47,989 nucleotides of DNA from Candidatus Thorarchaeota archaeon (GCA_029856425.1 JAHQWZ010000001.1:1-47989), one strand, 5' to 3'. Counted from the first letter of the stretch, positions 34,319-43,641 are shown. Translations and numbers: made by a program. The notes: generated from the sequence alone by a model not told the origin.

Positions 34319-36349
34319 ATGCCTAAGAAGAAGGATGAGCATCGAATTGGTGTCTTCATTTGCAGTTGCGGGACCAATATCGGAGGAGTAATCGACGTCA
34401 GAAAACTTGCCCGAGATTTCAAGGATTATCCTGGGGTTACGTTCACAACCTCCAATATGTTCACCTGCTCAAAGGATGGTCAGGACAAGATAGCTGAGAT
34501 GATCAAAGAGAAGGATCTAACAGGAGTCGTCATTGGGGCATGCACACCCAAGCTCCACGAACAGCTATTCAGAGAGATTCTGGAGGAGAATGACCTCAAT
34601 CCATTCCGGCTAGCCCAAGCAAATCTGCGTGAGCATGATACTTGGGTTCATGGTGATGATCCAGAGGTCGCCTATAAGGTCGCTTACGATTTGGTGGCGG
34701 GTGCAATTGAACGAGCCAAAACACTCGAGGACATTGGATTTGAGGAGTATCCAGTGGACAAGAGTGTCCTCGTGATAGGTGCGGGAATTGCAGGAATTCA
34801 ATCTGCTCTCGATTTGGCAGACAAAGGAATCAAGGTCTGTCTTGTAGAGAAATACACGTCAATCGGAGGCTACATGGCGCGTCTGGAGAAGACATTTCCA
34901 ACACTCGACTGTTCAATGTGTATTCTCTCTCCAAAACTATCAGCAGTTGAACGCCACAAGAATATTGAGATACTCAGCTATTCAGAAGTCATCGAAGTCG
35001 AGCGCGACTATGGGAATTTCAACGTCAGGGTCAAAAAGAAGCCCAGATACGTTAGTATTGAGGACTGTATCAACTGTGGAGCCTGTGAACGCAATTGCCC
35101 TGTTACAGGCCGAGCTGAGTGGAATCTCGGGCTCGGAGATCGAAAAGCAATCTACAAGCCCTTCCCGCAAGCGGTCCCTGGTGTTTTCTTCCTTGATAAG
35201 GACTCATGTACGCATTGGACAGATGGGTGCACCATCTGTGCTGAGAAGTGTCCACGCGACGCCATCTCGTATGACGTGGAGATAGAAGAGATTGAAATCA
35301 AAGTGGGAGCTATAATAGCCGCTACCGGCTTTGTCGAGATGGATATTGAGGAGCTATCTGAATATGGCGGAGGCAAGTTTACCAATGTATTGACCGCAGG
35401 CCAGTATGGACGCCTCCTGAGTCTCGTTGGGCCAACTGAGGGAAAGATTCTCCTACCTCCAAGCTTTGAACAGAGTCCTAAACGCATTGCCTATATCAAT
35501 TGTGCGGGATCGCGTGATGAGAACCATAGACCGTGGTGCTGCAACTTCGGCTGTATGTACACACTCAGGCATGCTGAGATGACACACAGACTCTACGGTG
35601 ACGACATTGACCAGTGGATAATCTATCATGAGCTTCGTGCAGGTGGCAAGGAATACGAGCAGTTCTACAGAAGAGTGAGAGAGAGTGGCGTACGATTCGT
35701 CCGAGGCTTTCCAAGCGAAATGATTGAAGAGAAGGATGGTAGTATCAGCTTCTCGGTGTTTGATCAAGGGACTGGGAGTCTGCTACGCCTTAACTTCGAC
35801 ATGGTGGTTTTGACAATGGCCATTGATCCATCACCAGGAACGGCACATCTTGCGCACATGCTGGGTGTAGACCGGAGTGAAGGTGGCTTCATGAAGGAAC
35901 TCCATCCGAAGCTCGAGCCAGTCAATACGAAGTCTAGGGGAGTTTTCATTGCGGGAGCCTGTCAGAGTCCCAAGGACATACCTGCAAGCGTTGCTGACGG
36001 CAAGGCTGCAGCGAGTGCAGCAGCATCACATGTTCTCAAGGGAAAGGTCCGTGTACAGATGGACAAAGCAGTTGTAGATGAAACTCTATGCATTGGATGT
36101 GGGCTATGCGAAAAGGTCTGCCCGTTCGATGCAATCTCCATGACCGTGCGTGATGACGAGCGTCAGCTTGCTGAAGTAAGTTCAATACTGTGCACTGGCT
36201 GCGGCAAGTGTCAGGTGGTTTGCCCAATAGGAGCCATCAAACGAAAGCACTTCACGACTGAACAGATAGAGGCTGAGGTCCTAGGTCTCATCTCCGCACA
36301 CAGGAAACGAGAACAGTCTGCGAAGACATCCGGAGGTGTATCATCATGA
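34319..36349 (+). CDS. hdrA: heterodisulfide reductase subunit A (full length)
   Basis: IGVFICSCGTNIGGVIDV, VLVIGAGIAGIQSALDLADKG, several ferredoxin CxxCxxCxxxCP motifs. 676 aa. Confidence 0.9.
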   Translation: MPKKKDEHRIGVFICSCGTNIGGVIDVRKLARDFKDYPGVTFTTSNMFTCSKDGQDKIAEMIKEKDLTGVVIGACTPKLHEQLFREILEENDLNPFRLAQANLREHDTWVHGDDPEVAYKVAYDLVAGAIERAKTLEDIGFEEYPVDKSVLVIGAGIAGIQSALDLADKGIKVCLVEKYTSIGGYMARLEKTFPTLDCSMCILSPKLSAVERHKNIEILSYSEVIEVERDYGNFNVRVKKKPRYVSIEDCINCGACERNCPVTGRAEWNLGLGDRKAIYKPFPQAVPGVFFLDKDSCTHWTDGCTICAEKCPRDAISYDVEIEEIEIKVGAIIAATGFVEMDIEELSEYGGGKFTNVLTAGQYGRLLSLVGPTEGKILLPPSFEQSPKRIAYINCAGSRDENHRPWCCNFGCMYTLRHAEMTHRLYGDDIDQWIIYHELRAGGKEYEQFYRRVRESGVRFVRGFPSEMIEEKDGSISFSVFDQGTGSLLRLNFDMVVLTMAIDPSPGTAHLAHMLGVDRSEGGFMKELHPKLEPVNTKSRGVFIAGACQSPKDIPASVADGKAAASAAASHVLKGKVRVQMDKAVVDETLCIGCGLCEKVCPFDAISMTVRDDERQLAEVSSILCTGCGKCQVVCPIGAIKRKHFTTEQIEAEVLGLISAHRKREQSAKTSGGVSS

Positions 36350-36888
36350 CGGAAACTGGTGAAAAGAAGGGATTACCAGATGTCTTCATAGAACCTATCA
36401 ATATGTCTGAACTTGACAGAGGCTTTAGGAAAGAGATTCAGAGCATGCCAAATGGAGAAGAGCTGTCAGCATGCTTTGCCTGTTCGACCTGTACCTCTGC
36501 TTGTCCAGTTGCAAATATCTGGGAGATAAAACCACACCAGCTGATTCGGATGATCATCCTTGGCATGCGTGAAAAGGTTCTTTCCTCCAAAGAGATCTGG
36601 CTCTGTCTGACTTGCTTTGAGTGTCAGGAAAGATGTCCACAAGGTGTTCGGGTCACAGACATTTTCTTTGACTGCAAAAATCTTGCCGCTGAAGAGAATA
36701 TGATACCTGACAGCATAGTCGCCCTCGGGAAGGAGCTCCTTGAGAAAGGTCAGCTCTATATTGTGACTGCTGACTGGGAACGAGAAGATTTGGACTTGGA
36801 ACCCGATGTTCCTGGACTGTCCACTGATGCGGTAAAACGAGTCCTTGGTGGGACTCGTACGGGACGACTTGTCAAAGGAGGCAAATAG
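36346..36888 (+). CDS. hdrC: heterodisulfide reductase subunit C-like (second copy)
   Basis: CFACSTCTSACP and CLTCFECQERCP. ATGA overlap with hdrA. Confidence 0.85.
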   Translation: MTETGEKKGLPDVFIEPINMSELDRGFRKEIQSMPNGEELSACFACSTCTSACPVANIWEIKPHQLIRMIILGMREKVLSSKEIWLCLTCFECQERCPQGVRVTDIFFDCKNLAAEENMIPDSIVALGKELLEKGQLYIVTADWEREDLDLEPDVPGLSTDAVKRVLGGTRTGRLVKGGK

Positions 36889-36889
36889 G

Positions 36890-37756
36890 ATGTCTATCTA
36901 TAGTCTCTACATGGGCTGCAGTGTTCCTGCAAACTACCCCAATTATGAGGCCTCGATGCTCAAGGTTGCCGAGTCCTTTGAACTGACCCTAGAATACCTG
37001 AATGATGTGGCATGCTGTGGTAGTCCAAATCTGAGGGCTATGGACTACTGGGGATGGGCTCTGGTTAATGCACGAACACTAGCATTGGCTGACATTACAG
37101 AGCATGACATTGTGACTCCCTGTAACGGTTGTTTTGGCAGTCTAAAGGATGTATATCATCTACTAAAGCATGATACAGAATATAGAACCAGCATTAATGT
37201 CGAGCTCGAAGCAGAGGGTCTTGAGTTTACAGGGACAAGTAGGCCGCGACATTTCATTGAGGTCCTCTATACAGATGTGGGTCTTGATTCAATAAGGAAG
37301 AAGATTTCAAAGCCACTTGATGGTGTTGGTATAGCAATTCATTATGGATGTCATCTTCTGCGCCCTGGGGACGTGACTGAGATCACACCAGAAGTCCTAA
37401 GCGAGCTCGTCAGAGTCACAGGCGCACACGTAGTCGAGTATCCACTATGGAAGCAATGTTGCGGAGCCACTGTACTACCGGTTGATGAGGCTCTGGCAAT
37501 AAGACTTGCTCGAGATAAACTCAAGTCAATGAAGGAAGCAGGTGCTGCATTTGTCACAGTTGTCTGCCCTGCATGCTGCAATCAATTGGATCTTCAGCAG
37601 CTAGGACTACGAGAGTTATATGGTGAGAAGTTCGACCTTCCAATCCTGTTCTACCCTCAAATACTCGGCCTTGCATTGGGTTTTGATGAGGATGAGGTGG
37701 GCCTTGGCATGAATAGAGTACCCGCGAAGCCGATTCTCCAGCACTTCTCCAAATGA
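36890..37756 (+). CDS. hdrB: heterodisulfide reductase subunit B-like (second copy)
   Basis: MGCSVP...CCGSP...CNGC and YGCH...CCGAT...CPACC. GGAGG lies 8 nt upstream of the ATG at 36890. Confidence 0.85.
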   Translation: MSIYSLYMGCSVPANYPNYEASMLKVAESFELTLEYLNDVACCGSPNLRAMDYWGWALVNARTLALADITEHDIVTPCNGCFGSLKDVYHLLKHDTEYRTSINVELEAEGLEFTGTSRPRHFIEVLYTDVGLDSIRKKISKPLDGVGIAIHYGCHLLRPGDVTEITPEVLSELVRVTGAHVVEYPLWKQCCGATVLPVDEALAIRLARDKLKSMKEAGAAFVTVVCPACCNQLDLQQLGLRELYGEKFDLPILFYPQILGLALGFDEDEVGLGMNRVPAKPILQHFSK

Positions 37757-37766
37757 CCGTATAACC

Positions 37767-38417
37767 TTATTCTCCAAGCCTATAGCCGCAATCTTCCCAA
37801 GCCTCTCGCATCACTGGGTTTCGTCTGAGGAATGCATCCGCTTTTTCCCTTGAGACACTATTCAATGGGCATGAGAAGTTCAAACACCTCGGACAAATCT
37901 TGAATTTCAAGACACTCAACCAAACTCCAATTCCGGTAATCGTCAAACCCAGAAAGAGCAACTGGTTGCTCAGAATAAGAAATGGAATTGGATAGCCTCC
38001 AAAGATGGTCAGCGCGATAATGAACTGAATCTGATGAGAACGACTCATTGGACTTGGATTATACGGCCAGGTCTTATACAGACCATAGTTTGCATAGCAG
38101 TGTAGTGTATGACCCTGACCACCATCTTCAGCGTAGAATGGACAATGACTGCAAAGGACTCGGTTCTCCCAGATCTCGAAGAAGAATAGCCAGTAGATAA
38201 AATAACCAATGACCCACGGCCACAAACCCCCGAGAAGCATGCCCCCAATTGAGGGAACGAAGAACAGCATTGCGCTCCCGCCAAACATCAATGTGTCACT
38301 TCGATGCATCTCGCAATGTATCTCATTGTGAAGTGAGCAGTTTCCACACTCCTCCTTTGGTTTCCAGATGCATATTTTGAATGGGTTCTTTTCGAGTTGG
38401 TCGATTTCATCATTCAT
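37767..38417 (-). CDS. Cys-rich polytopic membrane protein, unknown function
   Basis: CGNCSLHNEIHC, CSHCPFY and CPRCLNFSCP motifs are interleaved with about 4 TM helices. Start chosen at MNDEIDQ. Confidence 0.5.
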   Translation of the reverse strand: MNDEIDQLEKNPFKICIWKPKEECGNCSLHNEIHCEMHRSDTLMFGGSAMLFFVPSIGGMLLGGLWPWVIGYFIYWLFFFEIWENRVLCSHCPFYAEDGGQGHTLHCYANYGLYKTWPYNPSPMSRSHQIQFIIALTIFGGYPIPFLILSNQLLFLGLTITGIGVWLSVLKFKICPRCLNFSCPLNSVSREKADAFLRRNPVMREAWEDCGYRLGE

Positions 38418-38551
38418 ATCCGTGCACCAGCACACCATCAACACGTCTGCCACAACGACCATTTAACACCTGTTGAAGACAACCTCAATTAATTCGCTTC
38501 AATCAGACAGACTAATAGGCCGCTGAACTGGAATGGATTTGGGTGTGATGA

Positions 38552-38980
38552 ATGAAGATTGAGCCACTCTTAAATTCGCTAAAGGGGATGCCACCGGGTT
38601 TTCTGTCGACTGTGTTGGACACACTTCCTGTAGAATTCACCATAATCGATGCTGATGACAATGTCCTATTCTGGAACAGGCATGGTATCCGTGTCTTCAA
38701 ACGAGGGCCTGCGGTCATTGGGAGAAATGTCAGGATGTGTCATCCGACGGTGAGCATGGACAAGGTTGAGCTAGTCATAAAGCGCTTGAAGAGCGGGGAG
38801 GAGGACTTCATTGACTTCTGGATAGACCTTCCCGATGCAGATGCTCCTCGAAAGCTTTTGATTAGATACTATGCCCTTCGCGACGACGAAGGCAATCATC
38901 TAGGGATATTAGAAACAACGATTAATCTGACACCACTCCAAGCTTATACTGGTGAATTTCGTCTTGGTGATCAAAAGTAG
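38552..38980 (+). CDS. PAS-fold protein of the DUF438-associated (PAS_10-like) type
   Basis: LPVEFTIIDADDNVLFWNRHG..VFKRGPAVIGRNVRMCHP...FIDFWIDL...YYALRDDEGNHLGILETTINLT matches my recollection of that family. Confidence 0.6.
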   Translation: MKIEPLLNSLKGMPPGFLSTVLDTLPVEFTIIDADDNVLFWNRHGIRVFKRGPAVIGRNVRMCHPTVSMDKVELVIKRLKSGEEDFIDFWIDLPDADAPRKLLIRYYALRDDEGNHLGILETTINLTPLQAYTGEFRLGDQK

Positions 38981-39006
38981 CTCACAATAGGGCGAGGCGG
39001 CGAAAA

Positions 39007-39753
39007 ATGAAACTGAAGGGTAAGACTGCCATTGTGACTGGTGTGGGAGCAGGTATTGGTGAGTCTACTGCTCGACTATTCGCTAAAGAGGGTGCAGATG
39101 TAATCGGAAATGACATCCTGGAAGAAGCTGAAAGCGTTATCAATGCTATCCGCTCTGATGGCGGGTCTGCTGCTTTTGTGATAGGGGATGTTTCGGACAT
39201 TGAAGCTGCAAGGAAGATAATTGAGACCGCCGTTGATACATTTGGCAGGTTGGACATCCTAGTAAACAATGCCGGAATCGTCTTGCCTGGGCGTGTCGAT
39301 AACACTAGTCACGAGGACTGGGACCGTACGATAGCAGTCAATGTTCGTGGACCATATCTTCTATCAAAATTCGCCTACCCTTATTTGAAGGAGAACAAGG
39401 GCACCATCATTCACGTTGCATCGGTTGCAGCTTTGACAGGGCTATGTAATCGCGCTGTCTATACTGCCTCAAAGGGGGCTCTAACTTCCTTGACTCGTGC
39501 GATGGCTATGGACTACAAAGACGATGGAATCCGTGTGAACTGCATCTGTCCGGGTACTACTGATACCCCCTCACTGGCAGATCGTCTATCCCAGCTACCA
39601 AACCCTGAGGCAGCCCGAAAGGAATTCATTGCAAGACAACCAATGGGACGTTTAGGCGCTCCTTATGAGATAGCAGAGGGCATTCTCTATTTGGCACTTG
39701 CTGAGTTCTGTACAGGGACCATCCTTTCCGTTGATGGAGGAATGTCGCTCTGA
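39007..39753 (+). CDS. short-chain dehydrogenase/reductase (FabG-like)
   Basis: TGVGAGIG cofactor motif, NNAG, catalytic YTASKGAL. Confidence 0.9.
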   Translation: MKLKGKTAIVTGVGAGIGESTARLFAKEGADVIGNDILEEAESVINAIRSDGGSAAFVIGDVSDIEAARKIIETAVDTFGRLDILVNNAGIVLPGRVDNTSHEDWDRTIAVNVRGPYLLSKFAYPYLKENKGTIIHVASVAALTGLCNRAVYTASKGALTSLTRAMAMDYKDDGIRVNCICPGTTDTPSLADRLSQLPNPEAARKEFIARQPMGRLGAPYEIAEGILYLALAEFCTGTILSVDGGMSL

Positions 39754-39832
39754 GTTGCGGTGAACGGCGATATCAGAATCGAATGGTATATACTTAATGA
39801 AAGGTAAATGGGTTTGCTAGTCTTTCAAGCAG

Positions 39833-40327
39833 GTGTACCCAGTGGAGATTAACATACGCCCGATAGGCAGAATTAAGACCCCTTTTGAGTCCGGAAAGTG
39901 GATCCCAATCCAATCCAGCAAATCCGATGTCCTTGGAGAGGTTATCATCAAAGAAGAGTTCATAGACGGATTGGACTCCCTGGACCTATTCTCTCATGTG
40001 ATTCTTGTGTATTGGTTCCATCGAGCGAGTCCGCTGAAACTCAGGGTCGTGCCATATCTCGATAAGAATGAACGAGGGCTTTTCTCGACACGATCACCTT
40101 CACGTCCAAACCCAGTTGGCATCTCAATAGTTGAGCTAATCAAAATAGAGGGCAACCGCATATTCTTTAGAGGTGCAGACATGCTTGATGGCTCTCCCTT
40201 GATTGACATCAAACCATTCGTCCCTGAGTTTGACTGCAGGTCCGATGCCAATTCAGGATGGTTAAGGGAGTTTCTGGACAAAAAGGGTCAGAGTTATCTT
40301 GCTGATACGCGTTTTCAAGGAGAATAA
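39833..40327 (+). CDS. tsaA: TsaA/TrmO-family tRNA methyltransferase-like protein
   Basis: IRPIGRIKTPFE...EEFIDGLDSLDLFSHVILVYWFH...RPNPVGISIVELI...LDGSPLIDIKP. Confidence 0.8.
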   Translation: MYPVEINIRPIGRIKTPFESGKWIPIQSSKSDVLGEVIIKEEFIDGLDSLDLFSHVILVYWFHRASPLKLRVVPYLDKNERGLFSTRSPSRPNPVGISIVELIKIEGNRIFFRGADMLDGSPLIDIKPFVPEFDCRSDANSGWLREFLDKKGQSYLADTRFQGE

Positions 40328-40333
40328 TCTAGC

Positions 40334-40495
40334 ATGACAAGGAAAGTTGATGGACTGTATCTCTGTGAGGAGTGTCACTTACTGTATAAAGAAGAACATT
40401 GGGCACAGAAATGTGAAGAATGGTGTAGAGAAAGAAGATCATGCAATCTTGAGATCACTAAGCATGCAGTGAACAAGTCAGAACTTACACTCTAG
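40334..40495 (+). CDS. 53-aa Cys-rich small protein (below ORF-track cutoff)
   Basis: MTRKVDGLYLCEECHLLYKEEHWAQKCEEWCRERRSCNLEITKHAVNKSELTL. CxxC plus three further Cys. Starts 6 nt after the tsaA stop. Confidence 0.45.
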   Translation: MTRKVDGLYLCEECHLLYKEEHWAQKCEEWCRERRSCNLEITKHAVNKSELTL

Positions 40496-40584
40496 CCCCT
40501 CACTCTATAGACCAGCTCATTGATGCAAATCCACTTATATGGAAACCCAATTAACTATAATGAAATTAGATATGGAGGCAAATA

Positions 40585-41286
40585 ATGGAAGGCATACAAG
40601 CATTCACAGGCTTTCCAAAAGAAGGTCTAGGATTCCTCGCCGAGCTAAAGGAGAACAACTATCGTGAGTGGTTCAATGAGCGGAAGAACGACTACCAGGA
40701 GTATCTAGTGAAACCTGCACTGAGCTTCGTGGTTGCCCTTGGCAAACGACTTACCACTGTTTCTGAGGACATGGTCTATGATACCCGTACCAATGGTAGC
40801 GGGTCGTTATTGCGCATCTATCGCGATATTCGATTCAGCAAGGACAAATCTCCTTACAACACAAGGCTTCGAGTTCGGTTCTGGGAAGGACCTGGAAAGA
40901 AGAAAGAGAGACCTGGTTTCTTTGTAGGATTGGATGAAACTGGTGGAGGAATCCATGGTGGATTGTGGATGTTTCCGAAGCGGCTCCTCGAGAAATACAG
41001 GAAATCTGTTCTAAACAATGAACTCGGCACAAGATTGGTCGAGGCAATTGACAATGTCAAATCCTTCAAAGGGTATGAGGTTGGAGGTGAGCACTACACA
41101 CGCGTACCAAGAGGATGTGATGCAAATCACCCGCGGGCTGCTTTGCTCCGTTTCAATGGCCTCTATGTTAGTTCGCCTAAGATACCTGTAGGCGTTTTGA
41201 AGAAACCGGAACTGGTCGATGTCTGCTTCGACCACATACAGAAAATGATGCCAATTCATGAATGGCTGATTCAATTGCTGGGATGA
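40585..41286 (+). CDS. DUF2461 (TIGR02453) family protein
   Basis: FTGFPKEGLGFLAELKENNYREWFNERKNDYQEYLVKP...RIYRDIRFSKDKSPY. GGAGG upstream. Confidence 0.8.
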   Translation: MEGIQAFTGFPKEGLGFLAELKENNYREWFNERKNDYQEYLVKPALSFVVALGKRLTTVSEDMVYDTRTNGSGSLLRIYRDIRFSKDKSPYNTRLRVRFWEGPGKKKERPGFFVGLDETGGGIHGGLWMFPKRLLEKYRKSVLNNELGTRLVEAIDNVKSFKGYEVGGEHYTRVPRGCDANHPRAALLRFNGLYVSSPKIPVGVLKKPELVDVCFDHIQKMMPIHEWLIQLLG

Positions 41287-41397
41287 CTCGTCTAGGATTT
41301 CTTTGCTCTTTTCTCAGACTTGGGAACATCCTGACAAGCATATCCTTTAACAAGCCCGCAGACTTATCAGAAGCCTCTATGAGTAGACAGCAGAACG

Positions 41398-42894
41398 GTG
41401 GTGCTATTCCTGTCTGGGTTGGAAGACCGAGTAGTTGAAACGGTGAGAAACTCTCTTACGATAGGTATCACACTCAAACAGATTGCACAAGCGATAGATG
41501 AAAATCTAGAAGCAGTAGACGGATGTGTCCAAGCTCTTCGGGACCGGGGCAAAGTTGTAAGGATGGGAAGAGGACTATGGGTTCTAAAGGAATATGAGCA
41601 AATCGATAATGATCCCGAGTTCATCAGTCCTGCAACATATAACGAGAAATTCGCAGATCTATATGGTGTTCAATTATCTGAGTACAGTGGTAGTAGCATT
41701 ACATTCTCTGCAAACCATCTCATGGAGAAGAAAGTTCAGAGATGGACTCCATATGTGCAGGGATTCTCGGCAGACTTTGTTGATAACATGTTACAGCGCT
41801 ATGATGTGAAACCTGGACAGAGAGTGCTCGATCCTTTCGCGGGTAGCGGAACCGTCCTCGTAAGCGCCAAGATGAAAGGCATAGACGCCATTGGTGTGGA
41901 CCTGATGCCACTGATGTCATTCATGGCTCGTGTAAAGACTGAATGGGATTTGGATGTGAAAGCCGTCAGACGCGAATTTGAAGGATTGGACTGGAATCAA
42001 GAACCAAAACTCAGCTCACCCGCTTTTCTCAAGAGATGGAAATCACACTTCAATGCCGGGGTGTTAAGGAACCTGCTCCTTCTCAAGCAATCAATATTGG
42101 CCGTCAAGCAGCCAAAGATAACGGATCTGTTCAGATTAGCTTTTGCAAGTATCTTGGTGGACTGCAGCAACTTGAACCGTTCCCCATGCTTGGGTTATGA
42201 CAGAACCAAGGCAGTCTCAGATGATACACCCCTCATTCTATTCAGAGCAAAGGTGCAGGACATGATCGAAGATCTTGTGTATGTCAGGGAAAAGGCGCAA
42301 GGACATGTTGAAGTAATAACAGGCGACTCGAGACTAGTTCGATACGAGCCCGAGTCTATCGACATCGCCATAACAAGCCCTCCATATGTTAATGGATTGG
42401 ATTATGTCATTAACTACAAGATTGAGATGGCTTGGCTTGATATGGTACACAGCTATGATGAACTCGGCCAACTGAAGGATGAAATGGTGGCTTGCGACAA
42501 TGTTTCTCGATCTATCATCAGAGGATTTTCAGAGAGATTAGACAGCTATGAAGATGTCTGGGTAGAAGAGATAGCAGAGAGAATCGCCCATCGGATTACG
42601 TCAAAGGAAGGCTACAGACGAAAAGACATGCACAATGTTGTCCGGAAGTATTTCGATGATGTTTATCGAGTCTTCAGAAATGTATACGAGGGTCTCAAGA
42701 CTGGCGCTCGCTTCATCATCGTCATCGGTGACTCTCTTATTGCTGGGGTGTATATCCCTGCAGACCTCATCCTGGCACAGATGGCGAAGGCTATTGGTTT
42801 CAAGATTGAGAATGTCGAAATAGCTAGGTCTCGCCGTTCCGGACAACGAAGATCATTCAAGCTCAGAGAGAGCGTCGTCATTCTCTCAAAGTGA
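41398..42894 (+). CDS. amino-(N6-A/N4-C) DNA methyltransferase with N-terminal winged-helix domain
   Basis: Motif I VLDPFAGSGTVLV at about aa 143. Motif IV ITSPPYV at about aa 326. N-terminal ITLKQIAQAIDENLEAVDGCVQALRDRGKVVRMGRGLWVL is wHTH-like. GTG start is uncertain. Confidence 0.75.
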   Translation: MVLFLSGLEDRVVETVRNSLTIGITLKQIAQAIDENLEAVDGCVQALRDRGKVVRMGRGLWVLKEYEQIDNDPEFISPATYNEKFADLYGVQLSEYSGSSITFSANHLMEKKVQRWTPYVQGFSADFVDNMLQRYDVKPGQRVLDPFAGSGTVLVSAKMKGIDAIGVDLMPLMSFMARVKTEWDLDVKAVRREFEGLDWNQEPKLSSPAFLKRWKSHFNAGVLRNLLLLKQSILAVKQPKITDLFRLAFASILVDCSNLNRSPCLGYDRTKAVSDDTPLILFRAKVQDMIEDLVYVREKAQGHVEVITGDSRLVRYEPESIDIAITSPPYVNGLDYVINYKIEMAWLDMVHSYDELGQLKDEMVACDNVSRSIIRGFSERLDSYEDVWVEEIAERIAHRITSKEGYRRKDMHNVVRKYFDDVYRVFRNVYEGLKTGARFIIVIGDSLIAGVYIPADLILAQMAKAIGFKIENVEIARSRRSGQRRSFKLRESVVILSK

Positions 42895-42962
42895 AATTCA
42901 TCTGTGAAACGTTATATCGTAGTGAGTGTATAACTTAAGAACAGAAACAGGAGACTCATTTC

Positions 42963-43484
42963 TTGAGAAGCCGAATGACAACCTTTGCACCAATTCTATC
43001 AATCATTGCGGTTTCTTTCATTGTATCCTATATACTCTATACAACTGGCAGTTTTGCTGTTTCTGCTTATCACAATACAAGGGTTGAAGCATCAGGTTAC
43101 ACGTCTTATCAGGTATGGACAATAGAGAACGACACCCTGTCAGGAAGTCTTGAAGTCACCACTGATGGTGTCGTAGACTTCTATATCATGTCCGAGAATG
43201 ACTATAGAATCTGGACTGTACATGGTGGAAATACAGGATCGCTATTCTCACGAACGGGCGTTGAATCGTTGGATTGGAACGTTTTGATTCCTGCTGACGG
43301 CACATATTTCATTGTATACAGCAATTGGGGCAGTTCTGTACCAGAACATGTTCAGGCTTCTCTACATGTGACGACATCTAGATCCATACTCTGGCCCGTC
43401 ATCGTTACTGGGACCATTCTTTCGGCGGCACTCCTGATATGCATGACAACAATTCGAAAAGCAAAAGATGTATTGAGTTATTGA
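42963..43484 (+). CDS. bitopic membrane protein with a beta-rich ectodomain between N- and C-terminal TM helices
   Basis: TTG start with GGAG 8 nt upstream (ATG alternative at 42975). TM helices at ILSIIAVSFIVSYILY and WPVIVTGTILSAALLICM. Confidence 0.55.
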   Translation: MRSRMTTFAPILSIIAVSFIVSYILYTTGSFAVSAYHNTRVEASGYTSYQVWTIENDTLSGSLEVTTDGVVDFYIMSENDYRIWTVHGGNTGSLFSRTGVESLDWNVLIPADGTYFIVYSNWGSSVPEHVQASLHVTTSRSILWPVIVTGTILSAALLICMTTIRKAKDVLSY

Positions 43485-43532
43485 CGAGGTTCTGTTATCA
43501 TTCGAATGAAATCCCATTTGGAGGTTTGCTGA

Positions 43533-43637
43533 ATGACGGGGAATTGCGATGAATTAGTCACGCTGGTACACGAACCGATAGCTGAGAAAGCCAAGGAAAG
43601 ACACAAGAGCTTCTGGAGGAGCGAGGGGCGTTCATGA
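43533..43637 (+). CDS. 34-aa small ORF (below ORF-track cutoff)
   Basis: MTGNCDELVTLVHEPIAEKAKERHKSFWRSEGRS. GGAGGT lies 7 nt upstream of the ATG. The stop is 4 nt before the next ORF. Confidence 0.35.
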   Translation: MTGNCDELVTLVHEPIAEKAKERHKSFWRSEGRS

Positions 43638-43641
43638 AGCA

